A DNA stretch of 64,000 nt, taken from the NCBI GenBank assembly GCA_964035545.1, contig OZ037765.1:1488001-1552000 (forward strand), written 5' to 3'. Positions 1 through 15,800 of this stretch are shown here, in pieces. Position 1 is the stretch's first letter. Each line of letters starts with the position of its first letter. Below the pieces are notes generated by a model. That model had not been told where the DNA came from. It saw only the letters and a list, made by a program, of their open reading frames with translations, and did no database searches. This DNA is from Bugula neritina. Lineage: Eukaryota; Animalia; Bryozoa. The position numbers and the translations under genes were made by a program.

Positions 1-50
1 TATACTCTTGAAGCCTTTGTCTACATGAATATTGGTTGCTTGTTGAACAG

Positions 51-2682
<2,632 letters not shown>

Positions 2683-2793
2683 ACTGTGTAAACTAACAAC
2701 CTGCTTAGTTTTTAATTCTATTCATATTAATAAAATTTATTATATTGACTTATCTTCAAAAAACTGTCAATGGTATAGTATATAATAGTAACA

Positions 2794-2900
2794 GTGGTCC
2801 CAGTAGTGTAATGGTTTATAGTGTGCGTGCTCGCATGCCGGAGGTCTCAGGTTCTGAATCGCAGTGGGAGCAAAAGTTCTATAGTAGCAAGTTTAGTAAA
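2794..2900 (+). mobile_element. tRNA-derived SINE relic, family A
   Basis: A-box-like tagtgtaatgg and B-box-like ggttctgaatc. The core ggaggtctcaggttc..aatc.cagtggg..caaaa.tt.tata is shared with 37613-37715 and more weakly with 46205-46283. Confidence 0.6.
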
Positions 2901-4100
2901 TTTATTAAATTAAACTTTAGTATACTGATTGCATATTTTGTCAGCTAACTTTTGGAGTGAAGCTTTTATACCAACACGCCGCCCTTTGTTTATTACATAC
3001 CATTATAATGCTCCCTTTAGAGCAAGGACTAAAACAAATACTAAAAATGATATCATGCATGATGCTATATAAAGCTTGGAAACAGGTTTACTGCACTTGA
3101 GAAGTTTAATCAATGTCTAAAATTTTAGTCTATATAAGTACTTGAGAATTTTATAAAATATAATTTGGGTTTTTTACCCATAAATCTCAAATATAAATAC
3201 TTCTATAATTGTGTCAGCTTTTCTGTTATCCCATTAAAAAGTCTCAAAACTTCCATTATGCTGCATCATAAACTTTGAGTAAATTTATAGCAAATATTTG
3301 GAGCATCAGTGTATGCAGTATTATGCAAACATTCATTCTTTTAATGCTATTATCAAGTCAAGTTTTAAATCTGTATCTAATATAAACTCTTAAATTATCA
3401 AATAATTATATATATTTAGTTTTGTACTACAAATGTAGTTTACATTTTAATTCATTGCAATATAATTATATCAAATTAAGATGTGGGTGCATCATTTTAG
3501 ATTATTTTGTATCTAAAAGTAAAAAAAGATACTATGACATTCACATCGCCTTGAAGCACATTTGTGAGTCACATTCATGTGTAGTTACTCTATGTTTTAA
3601 GTTCTATAATATTTGCAAAACTGAAAATTCCAAATCATATAATATTATTCGCAAATTCTACAAGCTGCTAACACATAAACTTACATAATAAATGAAGCTA
3701 TACTTGAAAATTACTTAGCTACTAGCTTTCCAGGATGGGTACTCAAAGCAATTTCAATTATGCAAAACTTTGTTTTTATAAAACTACTGCAGCAATATTA
3801 AGCTTAAATATATTCAACGACAAATAAGCAAACATAATTTTTTCAATTGCTAATCTTTTTTAATTTAAAGAAACTCTGCTTTAGTAAAGAAACACATGAA
3901 TTTATTGTTTAACTTATAGAAATATTATTCTAATCATAGCAGCATGTGGTACATAATACTATGTTGTTAGTTGTTACCAGACACAAGCAATGCTAGATGT
4001 TGATGCTGATGTACATATAATATGATAAACTTCTTCAATAAACCAAAAGCTATAAATAGTTTCTTAGTTCTATATTTATAACAAAATGTATTTAGAAAAT

Positions 4101-5116
4101 TTAAACTCTTATTAATAATAGCAGCAAGCTAAAGCACATTAAAGCAATCGTGATGTCACTAGAGGGCATGGCTCCAGCTGTCGTGGTCACAGCACCTGCT
4201 GTTGTTGTCACAAAACTTGTTGTTGTACTTACTGCGGCAGTTGTTGTAGTTGCTGCAGGAGTTGTTGTAGTTGCTGCAGGAGTTGTTGTAGTTGCTGCAG
4301 GAGTTGTTGTAGTTGCTGCGGCATTTGTTGTAGTTGCTGCAGCTTTTATCGTAGCATGTGAGTAGTGAGGGAGAGCTAGCATTGACAAATAGCCACTAGT
4401 CAAGAAAGTAGCCAGAGGGCTGGTGAAATGTCCTCTCATTCTAATTAGCTGATGACTCATCCACAGCAAGCTCAAATCATGTACAATCTTCTCACTAAAA
4501 ATTATTATCAAACATTTGTTCTATGTCATTAAACACATCAAACTGCCAGTTAAATAAACTAACATTATTCAGGATATCATTAGTAATTTTAAGAAAATAC
4601 ATATTCAATGTTCAGTATACAAAACCAGCACATATTTTGCAGTAGCGTTTGAAAGGCAAATAACACAAACTTTATTGGAGAAGAATCAATTTCTGTTTTC
4701 AGTTGCTTGTCCTCGAAACCATGCATAGCAAAATCTGCATAACAACAATCTTCCATGTTCAGATCCTCTATAAAATAACAAAACAGTAAACATTTTAGGC
4801 TTAAAGACAGTCCAAGCTTATTAAATGCATAATAATATATAAATAATAATAACATGAAAATTAGTGATTGTTGTAAACTTTTTTACATTAATTAATAATT
4901 GCCCAAAGAAATGTTTTCATAAAATTAACATTTTTTAAGTTTCGACACCACAGTATAGAAGTGCAGCAGCTTACCAGAAAGAGGCTGAGGATCATAAGAG
5001 TTACCTGTTTCTATAGAAACTTCAAGCAGTTTGTCCAATAAACCTTGTTTGGGTGCACATCCCCCAACTGAGCAGACGACTCCCAAGGTTATTATCACTG
5101 CCAGCTTGTACATCAT
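4101..5116 (-). CDS. Orphan secreted, Thr-rich, probably GPI-anchored protein (~210 aa); exons 5116-4975, 4767-4671, 4494-4101
   Basis: Signal peptide MMYKLAVIITLGVVCSVGG. Phases 1 and 2 join to 633 nt in frame. It has a (PAATTTT)n stalk and a C-terminal small-residue plus hydrophobic tail GAMPSSDITIALMCFSLLLLLIRV*. Confidence 0.75.
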
Positions 5117-5850
5117 GAGCAGTTCTTCTCAATACATTTACTTCAGCAAGGCTTCAGCCAAAGAATGACCGAATGATGCGTTGATGAGCCCAAGCATACC
5201 ATTAGCTTTTTATTAGAAGCATAAACTATAACTGCGGTGGTTTTGAACACTATCATAGCATCGGTATGCTTCATGCTTATTAGTTGATGTTGCGTACCAA
5301 ACTTTATTTTTAGCGGAATGATTTGTACCCTCAGCTGTTGTATATGTTACTTAGTCATATATACCAGATATGTTGATTATACTCATTGATGCAATGATTC
5401 TGATAAATATATATTGCATACTATATATATTATATGTTTTTACTGATTTATTATACTTGCAAAAGAAGTCATTTATCTTATTGTGTCTAGCTGATAAACA
5501 GAGATTTATTTCGTAGCATCTCTTGACTTAAATGTTGTCTAAAACTTGATAATAGTTGAAAAATATATTAAAACATTTACATAGCATATTTATTATTTTA
5601 ATTAGTTTATAAATGATAATAAAAATTAGATGCTTCCCGATACAATCTCACAACATGTATACATATAAAATTTTTGCTAATAAAGATTTTTGTATAATAC
5701 ATGACTAAAACTCTGTCAGATTGTCACTAAAGGGGGAGGGGAGGATAATTGATAAAACAGCTCAATAAGGAGCTCTTGAGTTATCAGACTTGATAATAAT
5801 TATGGCAATTGTATATCATTGAAGCTCTGAAAATAACACATTGTTTGAGT

Positions 5851-8800
5851 CTATAACAAGTCAACATCATTTGAACGAATTCGAGTAGTTAACCATGTAC
5901 TTCTCATCTGCCAGTAGTACCATCTGAATACTGTTTCTAGGCAATCATCACCTTTTCCAATTTTCTCAGCAGTCTAAAAATAAAATATAATATATAATTT
6001 ACTAAAGCACTATTAGATTTTAGAATTACAATAAAACGTAATACCTTTTACATATTGGTTATAAAACATTCACTTGAATATAGCTAAGCGCTTAGTAGAG
6101 AAGTTTATCTTGCTGTAATGGTCAAAGTAATTTCAAAAGACACAAATATGATGTAGAATATTGGTCGCTGCCCAATACAGCTATTACGCAATAACATTAA
6201 GAGTATTGATTAGAAAGTTTCATTCATTAATTACTTACCATTCTGCCTCGCCTTGCATTTTCTGGATCAATTAGTTTGAAGTGTTCTTGTGACTCATCTT
6301 CAACATATGAGAGTTCTGTGCCAACTGAGATGGGGTAGTGGAAGGAAAAACATAAATTCTTTTTACTATTTCTACAAGACACCAGATATAAATTCAAAAC
6401 CGGTTTAAAAACGCATTATACGCCAAAAAATAAAATTATGAAAGTTGAACATCAAAGAAATAATTTGAAAAGTTGAGCTAACTATATACAAATATACTGA
6501 ATACATATAAGTAGTATAATAGCAAAGAGTTAGCTGCAACATTCATCATTTCTATTTAAATGCTTGTTTAACTTTTGTGTGCTAAAACGTGGATGCGTTC
6601 CTCTGCAAAATATGTTATCAATATTTATGAGAAGATAACTTCAAAAACAATTTTAGAAGTTAGAATAGTTGCATATTATTTATGATAATAAACCTTAATA
6701 CATGCATATATTATGCATTTTCATAAATACTTATACATTCCTTCACATGATTATACAAGCCTCTATATACTTATACATGCTTATATATGCTTATACATGC
6801 TTATACTTACAGAAACACTGGAAATGACACATAGCAATCATCAAAGCCATAGTAAAATGACTTTATAAAACAGGTTGCTCCAAACGTCTCGGCTAAAATC
6901 ACAGTTATCACTGCTGCTAGAAATGGGGTAATTTGAGGATTATCTGCTCCTTCCTCCAGATTTGTTAAAAACTAAAAAATTGGAAATTGAAATAATTTTT
7001 TTATTATATTAAATAATTTTTAAATAGACTAAGAATAGTTTGCAGGGCTAAACATTTTTGTCATAACAGTTTAAAACTGGGTGATCAACTTTATAAAATG
7101 ACGTACGTAATTAAAATGTGAAATTACAATATCCATTATTTTCATGTTCATGTTTATCAAACCTGTACCTAACTTTTAACGAAATATTTAGTTATTTTGT
7201 TTCTGAGAATAACAGTTAAAACAAAATTCATTAATTCAAAAGTAGCATTAGGCTTTTTATTCATGGCTTTTCCATTATCAATTACAGCTACAAAATTAAA
7301 TCACTCAATAAATAAAAATTAAAAAGTACAGTTAACTTACCTCTTGAAAAAGATAGATATTTTTTTCATTAACATTTCCCAAATACTGATAAACTACAGA
7401 AATAATGCACTCCATGGTGTCACTGTTGGTTAGGGTGTATCTTGTACCTTGATCTGTAAAGTTATAGGAACATTTCATAAGCACCAACTAAAATATTATT
7501 CTATATGATTTAAAAATCGAATCATAATATAACAAAGCAACTTACTTGAAATTTTATCCTCAACTGATTTGTCCACTTTAGACTTTAAAAGTTCATATTT
7601 ATCATAAAGCTCTCTGTCACTCAGGTTGTTCTCTTTACATCTATCTTCTATGAGTAGCACACCTAAATCAAACATTGCCGTAAATTTAGCTGTTGAAGAA
7701 ATTTTAGCAACTGCTTTGAAAATATCATCCTTTTTTATTTCACAAATTAAAGTGTATAAGCACAATTAAACATGTAAAATATGCAAAATTAAGAGACCAG
7801 CTTTTTATCATTGTGCAAAATTTAAATGTTAAATTTCTCAATAATCTAACTTTGAATTTTTTTGAAAGATTGTTGATGCTGTTAAAAAATAGATCACACA
7901 CTCTCTGTTTTTCATGTATAAATCTTAACTGCTGTTTCAAACCGAACTTCTGCAATGAGCATGTCTACAATTAAGCTTTGCAATTTCAAACTATTTATTG
8001 TCTCCTAATAATTGCATGAAATTATGCAACTATCCAAAGTGTGTATACTGTTTACTAAAGGTGTTGTAGCCAATGAGCAAGCTTACCTTTATGCAGAGGA
8101 AGTTTAAATGCTTCCTGATTTTTATACATGGCCTTAACACTTTGTAGTTTCAATGCTCTGGACAGCTGTTGACTCAACTCCCTCTCCTGGGGGGAAGATT
8201 TGCTGAAATAAAAATCAAAAAATATTCACAAACGTGCAAAGTGCAAAAAGATGCACTTTATTTATAATGTAAACCTCAAGATTTACAATCTTTACCAGTA
8301 TGAATTTACTCTTATACGTTTATGGGACTTTACATAATCTATGCTACAGAAAAATAAACTATTAGGCTACTAGGTGTTACATCATTTATAAACATTTTAA
8401 TTTGCATATCGCATCTTATATAAACTGTATTTTTCCAGTGGTCTTATTTTATGCTATATATTCAGCTAATATTAACATAATATAACATTATGTGTTTAGT
8501 ACGTGAAGATACCAATAGAGTAAAAAGTGGACAACTCCTGATATCAATGTTCTCAGTGAAATTAAAGCATATCTATGTGCATTACCCACCTTCCTTCCTG
8601 GCTCCTTTCATAAAGCTCATCGGCTAAGCAATGCCCTTCAACATTGTCTTCTGATAGGACAAGATTCTGAGATCCTGGCCCCAGAACATTGATTATGTCT
8701 GTTACGCTAGATGACTCATTTTCTTTCTTTAACCTATTTATAGCTTCATCAACTCTTTTTATTTGATCTTTTCTAGTTTCAAAAACTTGTTTCCAGCAAT

Positions 8801-10063
8801 CTGTACTCTTAACATTACAATGTGGCCACCTGTAAAACCAATACTCATTTTAGTCATTAAAACAAATCTGGTTGGAAAATGCTGAAAACTATCTATAAGA
8901 ACTAATATAATAGATACAGAAATTTTTATGATAAAGTTTTTATTCTTAAAAGGAAAAATTATCTGTAAGCATTATGATTCATTTCAAACTTTCAATGCAT
9001 GCTTTTTAGTTTTAGTGTAGCTAACAAGGAAAAGGATGAAAACTGTTAAAAGTAAGAATAACCAAATATCGCAGCTGAAATTCATGTTTGCACTTTTTGT
9101 AATCGAAAATAATAAAAATAAAGTTACAAAACTAAATTCTATTCACATCTGTATTAAAGTAACTACAACTACTAGTTGCAACATCAAACTGGATTGTCAT
9201 GTCATTACCTTAGTAATTTAGACTTAGATACAATAATTATTATGGCAATTTTGAGGCTGGAGATATCATAAACTACAGATAAAAAGATTTACTATAATAT
9301 TTTGCAACATTTCTAAATTTTTCAGATTTTGTTATATAATGTATCACCAAACTTAGTTTTATCAAATCTCAAAAAAATTTTGATGCAATTTTATTAAGAG
9401 ACCCACTATTAAATTATATAAATAAAATGATAATAATAGGATATACATGTTACTTACTATAGGTAAATGCAATTATAAGAAAAAAATTTCATTATTTATA
9501 TATGTTTTTATAAGTGATTGTGCAAACTAATTCAAAGAATAAATATTTAAACATTAATTGGTTTGAGTATTTTTTGAAAATTATTGAAAGCTAAATTTAG
9601 TTTAAACTTGCCTAATAAGTATCTGCTAATCTCTGAAGCTATGGAATTGTGTAAATTAAATCAAGGACACCGTTAAAATAAAATATTTAAAAAAATCTTT
9701 ACTTTTTAGTTTTGCACTAACTTATTGAATATAAACATCCAATAGTTAACTTGTAATTTTTAAAATTGGCTGCCATTTGTCATTACGTTAGAAATTAAGG
9801 CACAGTTCAGAAATATGCTATTAAAAAAGAAGTATTATATAAATCTTCAAGTCTTTAAGTTTAGGTAAAAGGTTGTGAGTTTAGAAAATGATTGATATTA
9901 TTACTTACCTATTGAGGAACTTTTTCTTTAGGTGGTTGTTTCCATTCTCAACCAAGTCATACGCTCTGACACACGTGAACTTGAAATTTAACAAGTCAGT
10001 TTTTGTTAAACCGAAATCTCCAAATAAGATGTAGTCCAGTATTTCAGCAGGTAGGGTTTCCAT
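5851..10063 (-). CDS. F-box protein, divergent FBXO21-like (~401 aa); exons 10063-9909, 8829-8590, 8343-8296, 8202-8087, 7662-7546, 7453-7341, 6971-6811, 6371-6239, 5973-5851
   Basis: N-terminal F-box METLPAEILDYILFGDFGLTKTDLLNFKFTCVRAYDLV followed by KKKFLNRWP..W.QVF..R. KGVLLIEDRC and ITPFLAAVITVILAETFGA resemble the FBXO21 middle (transglutaminase-like) region. Nine GT-AG exons sum to 1206 nt with no internal stop. Confidence 0.75.
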
Positions 10064-11348
10064 GGAGCTGAGTTGGTTGCTGACTTCTCTTCCAGAAGAA
10101 CTGAACTGAACTGCTTTCGAGCTGCTTTTATAGGTGGCCGATTACATAATAATACTCTTAGTGCAGGTTGTACAGAACAAAGACATTCTCCAAGGTTCAT
10201 GTTGTGTAATTATACTTTATTGTTAGCATTGAAAATGAACCAACGAATTAAATATTGGACACACTTGTTTAGGTGTATCCAGTCATCAACAATAGATTGA
10301 GCATCAGCAGTAAAATTTCCTTGAACAATTAATAGAGAATGAAACTGTTTCCAAAAGTAGTATTTAAAGTGAAGCCAGTACATTTTACTCCCAAAAGACT
10401 ATAATTATGATGTAATCTCCTGCCACAAGTGGTGTACTGGTGTTAGATAATTATATACTTATTACAGCTTATTTCACATTATGATCTCCTTCACCATCTG
10501 GTCACCTTACTCCGAATATCAAATCTAAAATTTATAATTTATTACTTCTATAAAATCATAGCATACATTCTGGCTATACTGAACATGGACAAAAATCATT
10601 ACATACTGCCAACAAAGTGTTAGATTTTACATGAATTTAGAAAATATTTTTACAAATTTTGATAGAAATATAGCACCTATAACAATGCAATACGTATGAT
10701 TTGATTTATAATTTAGTACGCATAAGAATATAGTGCACAATGTGATTTAAAATACAAGAGATTTTATTTGCTATGACTATGTAAAATATATCAACTAAAT
10801 TTTTTCTTTTAACTTTCATTAAAAATCTACAGCACTGGAAAGCCATAATGCAATTAATATTTCTCCAGCAGCAAGCATAAACATGCAACGTAGGTACTTA
10901 GCATGGTAAAACAAATATTTATATCTTATTGCATAACTGTTTTGTATAACTGCTTGAAATAAACCACTGTAATAAAATTTGATAGTTTGCATTCTTTAGT
11001 CATCTTTAACTAATTTGATTTCTAAACAAGGATATTAAATTATCTAAATTATTTAGAGCCAAACTTCATACATATAATATTTACATCTTTTGAGCTTCTC
11101 CATTGCTTCACTGCTGCTTCATTTGCTTATGTAAATATTATATAATAGTATTCAGAGTCCATGAAAACAGCATAGAAGTGATAATTGAGACCAGTAGCTG
11201 ATAAGTTTTATATTAAAGCTTTTACTTGAACCACAGAAGCCTAATTTAGGGCTTTTGAAAGCTTTTCAATCTACCACTGATCAAGTCATAACTAAATACC
11301 GACATCTACAAGGCTTTGTCATTCTATTTGATTATGGTTTCGAATTGT

Positions 11349-11427
11349 GGCTGGTCAATACGAAAAGATAACTCACGAAAATCGTCACACGAATTTCGTG
11401 TGATTCTCACGATCGTGTGGCCAGGCC
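11349..11427. repeat. Short palindromic element, possible MITE relic
   Basis: Perfect hairpin tcacacgaa-t-ttcgtgtga (11385-11403) inside imperfect inverted ends ggctggtcaatacga / tcgtgtggccaggcc. Confidence 0.4.
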
Positions 11428-11825
11428 AGTAACAGCAAAAGGCAATCCGGTAAAATTTCTCAGCCAGATTGAATTTTTGACTGAAAATCATGAAAGTATA
11501 AACCAGCTTTTAGACCTAGTATTCTATAATTTATTTGATCAAGTTAGTAGCGTCAAATGTAGCAGCATAATGCTATTGGATTTGCATATTCAGTATTGTT
11601 GATACTAGAATAGCTTGAGTGACTCATTTTGGTTTCTATATTGTAGAGTTGTCTTCTTATATTAATTGACGATTAACTGCATGCTATGGTTTGATTTGAC
11701 TCACGCCAAGCTTTTCCTTAGCTACATGCATCTGCTTGTAATCTAATTTTGAACATTGCTAAGTTGAAAAAATTTCTATTCACTCATTAGAAACTAAATT
11801 TCAATCGCCCTGCATGGTTTGAATT

Positions 11826-11904
11826 ACCCGTGCCATTATTACCTGTGCCATTATTACCTGTGCCATTATTACCTGTGTCATTATTACCTGTACCATTTTT
11901 ACCT
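11826..11904. repeat. 15-bp tandem repeat (acctgtgccattatt), ~5 copies
   Basis: Direct inspection. Confidence 0.9.
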
Positions 11905-12813
11905 AAAATATATTTAGCTGTTTACCAGAGATTTGAGTTCTGGGAATAATACTACAGCTGTAAAACAGTCTAGTAGAATAACTGCTTCTGGGATCTCATT
12001 TTATTACTTGGGGTTCGAATAAACAAGTCAAGATATGTTAGAATAGTAAGCTGGTACTATATTACTGGTTTTGAATATTTCCTGCTCCAATTTGTTTACT
12101 GATGTAGGAATGTGTATTGTAAACTATAACAATTACTGTGTTTTATTGTGTTTTATTATAATAAAATAGACATTTTTCTCAAGGAAGTCAAATGCTAAAT
12201 ATTTGTTACATTCTTACACTTACCCACTTGTACTATTATATTTACTTCTGTAGCGTAGCTATTGGAGAAGAAACCCACAAACACCTTATAGCCATTTTAA
12301 TAACTACAAACTTGCTAACATTACATTTAAAGTCAATTACCTAATGTACAAGACTTTCAATGGTTGCCTTCTCCCTTTTCATAGAGAAATTTTATTTAAA
12401 TTAAAATGAAGCTTCATTAAATGTAAATAGTGTACACATTCAAAACATCAACATTCTCATCTACGTATTTTATACTGTTGTTAGTTTTATTTATTTTATA
12501 AATTTATTTTATTGAATAATCAAATATTTATCAAACTAATGAAAGAAAAACATGTGAACAATATCTAGAAAGCTAAAATATTAAAATATCAAGTAGATGT
12601 TATTGCAGTGGAAACGAAGCTGGTTTCAGTATATATATATAGAACAAGTACAAAAAGGTGTTTGCAAACTGCGTGAAAGTTGTTTGATAGGCTTTTTATG
12701 ATATAACTGGGCAGGTATGTGTAATATATTTGGAAGGTCCATGAGTCATAGTTGGCATATCTGTGAGCTCTATTTTCATCTCATCATGTAGTTGAATACA
12801 TAGTTTAGTTCTT

Positions 12814-15800
12814 TTAATAGAACGAAAAAGCCAACAGGACCCCTAAAATTGTAAATAAAGCAAAACATTTGAAAACAAGGATTACTGTTATGAATGGCCA
12901 ATGACCAAGTAAATCTAACTGAGTTATTTTATCAAGTTTTATGAAACCATACGATAGCTATTTACAAGCAAATAGTTTATTATAAAAACAATTAATAGCA
13001 ATTATACATTGGAAGACATTTTCTATTTTAGGATCAGTTGAGTTTAGTGATTAGAGCACCATTGCCTATTAAACGTAAAGTTGGTGATGCTAGGAAGGGC
13101 ATCCAATCATAACTGCTCTTTGTCACCATAGAAACTCTTCCTTAGTCTGCTTAAAGAAAATCCTTTCCATCACATCACTGTTATAAACCCACATGAGTTT
13201 TTGTGAAATATTCAGCTTACAAAAAAATATAGCATTCTTCTCTCAAAAGCAAATATGAGGCTGCATAGAGGTGATGGTGATAATTATATATGTATTGAAG
13301 TTTTACAGTACATACAAAAGTTGTATTATATATAATTACATAGAATATGGGTATCATAAAAGAAAAAAGTGGATTGTATTTAATGTAGTAGTTTACCGTA
13401 GTGATGTAATGTAGTAGTATACTGTAGTTGTGTAATGTAGTAGTATACTGTAGTTATGTAATGTAGTAGTATACTGTAGTGATGTAATGTAGTAGTATAC
13501 TGTAGTGATGTAATGTAGTACTATACTGTAGTTATGTAATGTAGTACTATACTGTAGTTATGTAATGTAGTAGTATACTGTAGTGATGTAATGTAGTAGT
13601 ATACTGTAGTGATGTAATGTAGTACTATACTGTAGTGATGTAATGTAGTAGTATACTGTAGTGATTTAATGTAGTAGTATACTGCAGTGATGTATAAATG
13701 TAGTAATATACTGTAGTGATGTAATGTAGTAGTATACTGTAGTGATGTAATGTAGTAGTATACTGTTGTGATGTAATGTATAGTAGTAAACATACATGTT
13801 AGAGTCAGCAGATATCCAGCACGGCTTGAAGTAACGGCAGCATTGTCACCACCTACTGGTCCACCACCACCACCACCACCACCACCACCATTGTCATCGT
13901 CGTCGTCATCAGGGCTAATGTCTTCCACAACTAAAGTAAAGAAAGTTAAGCTGATACTATTAGTCAAACAGGTAAAAGCAGCTTTTTGCTAAACTTTAAA
14001 ATTCCAATTAATTTTAACGCTCAATAGTTAAAAGAGCTATTGCGTGGTAACACATGAGATAGTTATTTCATGGGAAAGCTTATCTTGGTAAGCTATATTT
14101 GCTTTATTTGTTATTGAGCATTTAAAAAAATTTAATATAATTTAAATTAATTTTACACACATGCAGAAATAAGTGTTTTTTGTAGTAACTTTAAGCAATA
14201 CGTAACTCACCAAATTCTTTTGACAAGAATGTGAATTTCTGGGCAGAAATCATCGGTTTCTCTGTATGTTGCTTAATCGTTCCGCTGTAGGCACCTCGAG
14301 CAATGAATGCATAAAATCCTTCCCTTAAATCTTTCCACTACAATCCAGCAACTTTAAATATAAAAAAAACATGTAGCAAGTAAATAGAAAACCAATCAGG
14401 TATACTTGCATGTGTAACTCTAATATTCATAGTGTAAAAAGATTTTAAATCAACCAAAAATATGTTCCGCAAATTTCAATAAAAATTATTAATTGGTAAT
14501 AAAAGTAAAATACAGCAAATTTTAATATTTATCTGATAAATTAGGAGTTGTTTTATTTCTAAGAATCAAAGTCCTTGCCTTTTTTACAATTCGACAAGGT
14601 CAGACCAAAGTCATAATGATAGTTAACTATCTAATCCAAACTACTTTGAATTCATTAAGCCATTTTAACTACCGTCCTCACAAGAAAAAAAATAGTTTTG
14701 TAAAAGAACTTATGGGCATTTAATTTTAAGATTTTGAAGTTACTTCCCATTTCAGAATTCATATTTTGTAGAGAAGACAACTCCCAACAAATTTGGAAGC
14801 ACAACATTTCAGTCTACTATAAAAAGTTTTTAAAAAACAGATAAAACCTAATAAATCTAGCATATGAAAGACCTTAAGCTATATTGCACTGACTTCAAGA
14901 TTGGGTTAAGTTCCTATTTTTAAATTGTTTCTTTCAAAACACTTTTATCTCAACTTCCTCTTTTCAAGCAACATGTCTACCAGTAGAGCGTCATACCTGA
15001 TTGTTGTCATTTTGAATCTGTACTAAAGCTTTCTCATTGTCATATTTGAACTGACAAGTCATGATGCCATCTTGCATTGATATCCTAACTTCATCGATGT
15101 CTACAACACTTCCATTGGTTGCAGTTGGTTCACCATACGTCTCAGCGTAGAGGTTCTCCACTTTCAGCGTGTCACCGTCTTTAGCGCAGGCAATAATGGT
15201 GACATCATTCTATTGTGTAATATTTGAAATAAAAGTTTCATAGTCAGAATAAAAAAATACTCATATTTTATTACTCATAAATTGAAGTATTGGGTACAAC
15301 ATCTATATTCACACTTTTTCAAATAAAAGTTAGATTGAGTGTGTTTACTTATTTAGAATGACATTATCGTAACTTTTTGTTAGAGTTTAGAGTTTGCTAA
15401 GACAACGAGAATTTTGCTTACCATTGTCTGTCCCGGACTGATTCCTACAGCTACATAACCTTCTCCATCTTCCAGAGACCCTTGCAGCTGGATAGTTACC
15501 ACTGAAGAGCTATCATTGGACCATTTCAGGATGAAGTCATCGCATTCGCCCTCCTGTAAACGGCATGAACTTGTACTAGCTTGTATACTAATCATAAGGC
15601 AGCATTACTGTCTACACAGGAAGGCGTAGCTGTAGCTTAGAAGTTACAGCACTGGCTTGGTAAACACAAGGTCGGTGGTTTAAATCCCAGTAAACGCTAT
15701 CTGTAATGTTAGGCAGGGCATTAAGTCCCATTTGCGTATTTGCCACAATAGAAAACAAGTCCTTAGCCTGCTTAAAAACCTTTCCATCAGGGGTTCTCAC

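Noticed and set aside
7663-7955. ORF 7740-7955 and the N-terminal part of ORF 7496-7765 as F-box exons
   Set aside because: Phase and homology favour the acceptor at 7663-7664 (K|GVLLIED). The upstream part is intronic and hits a stop in the required frame.
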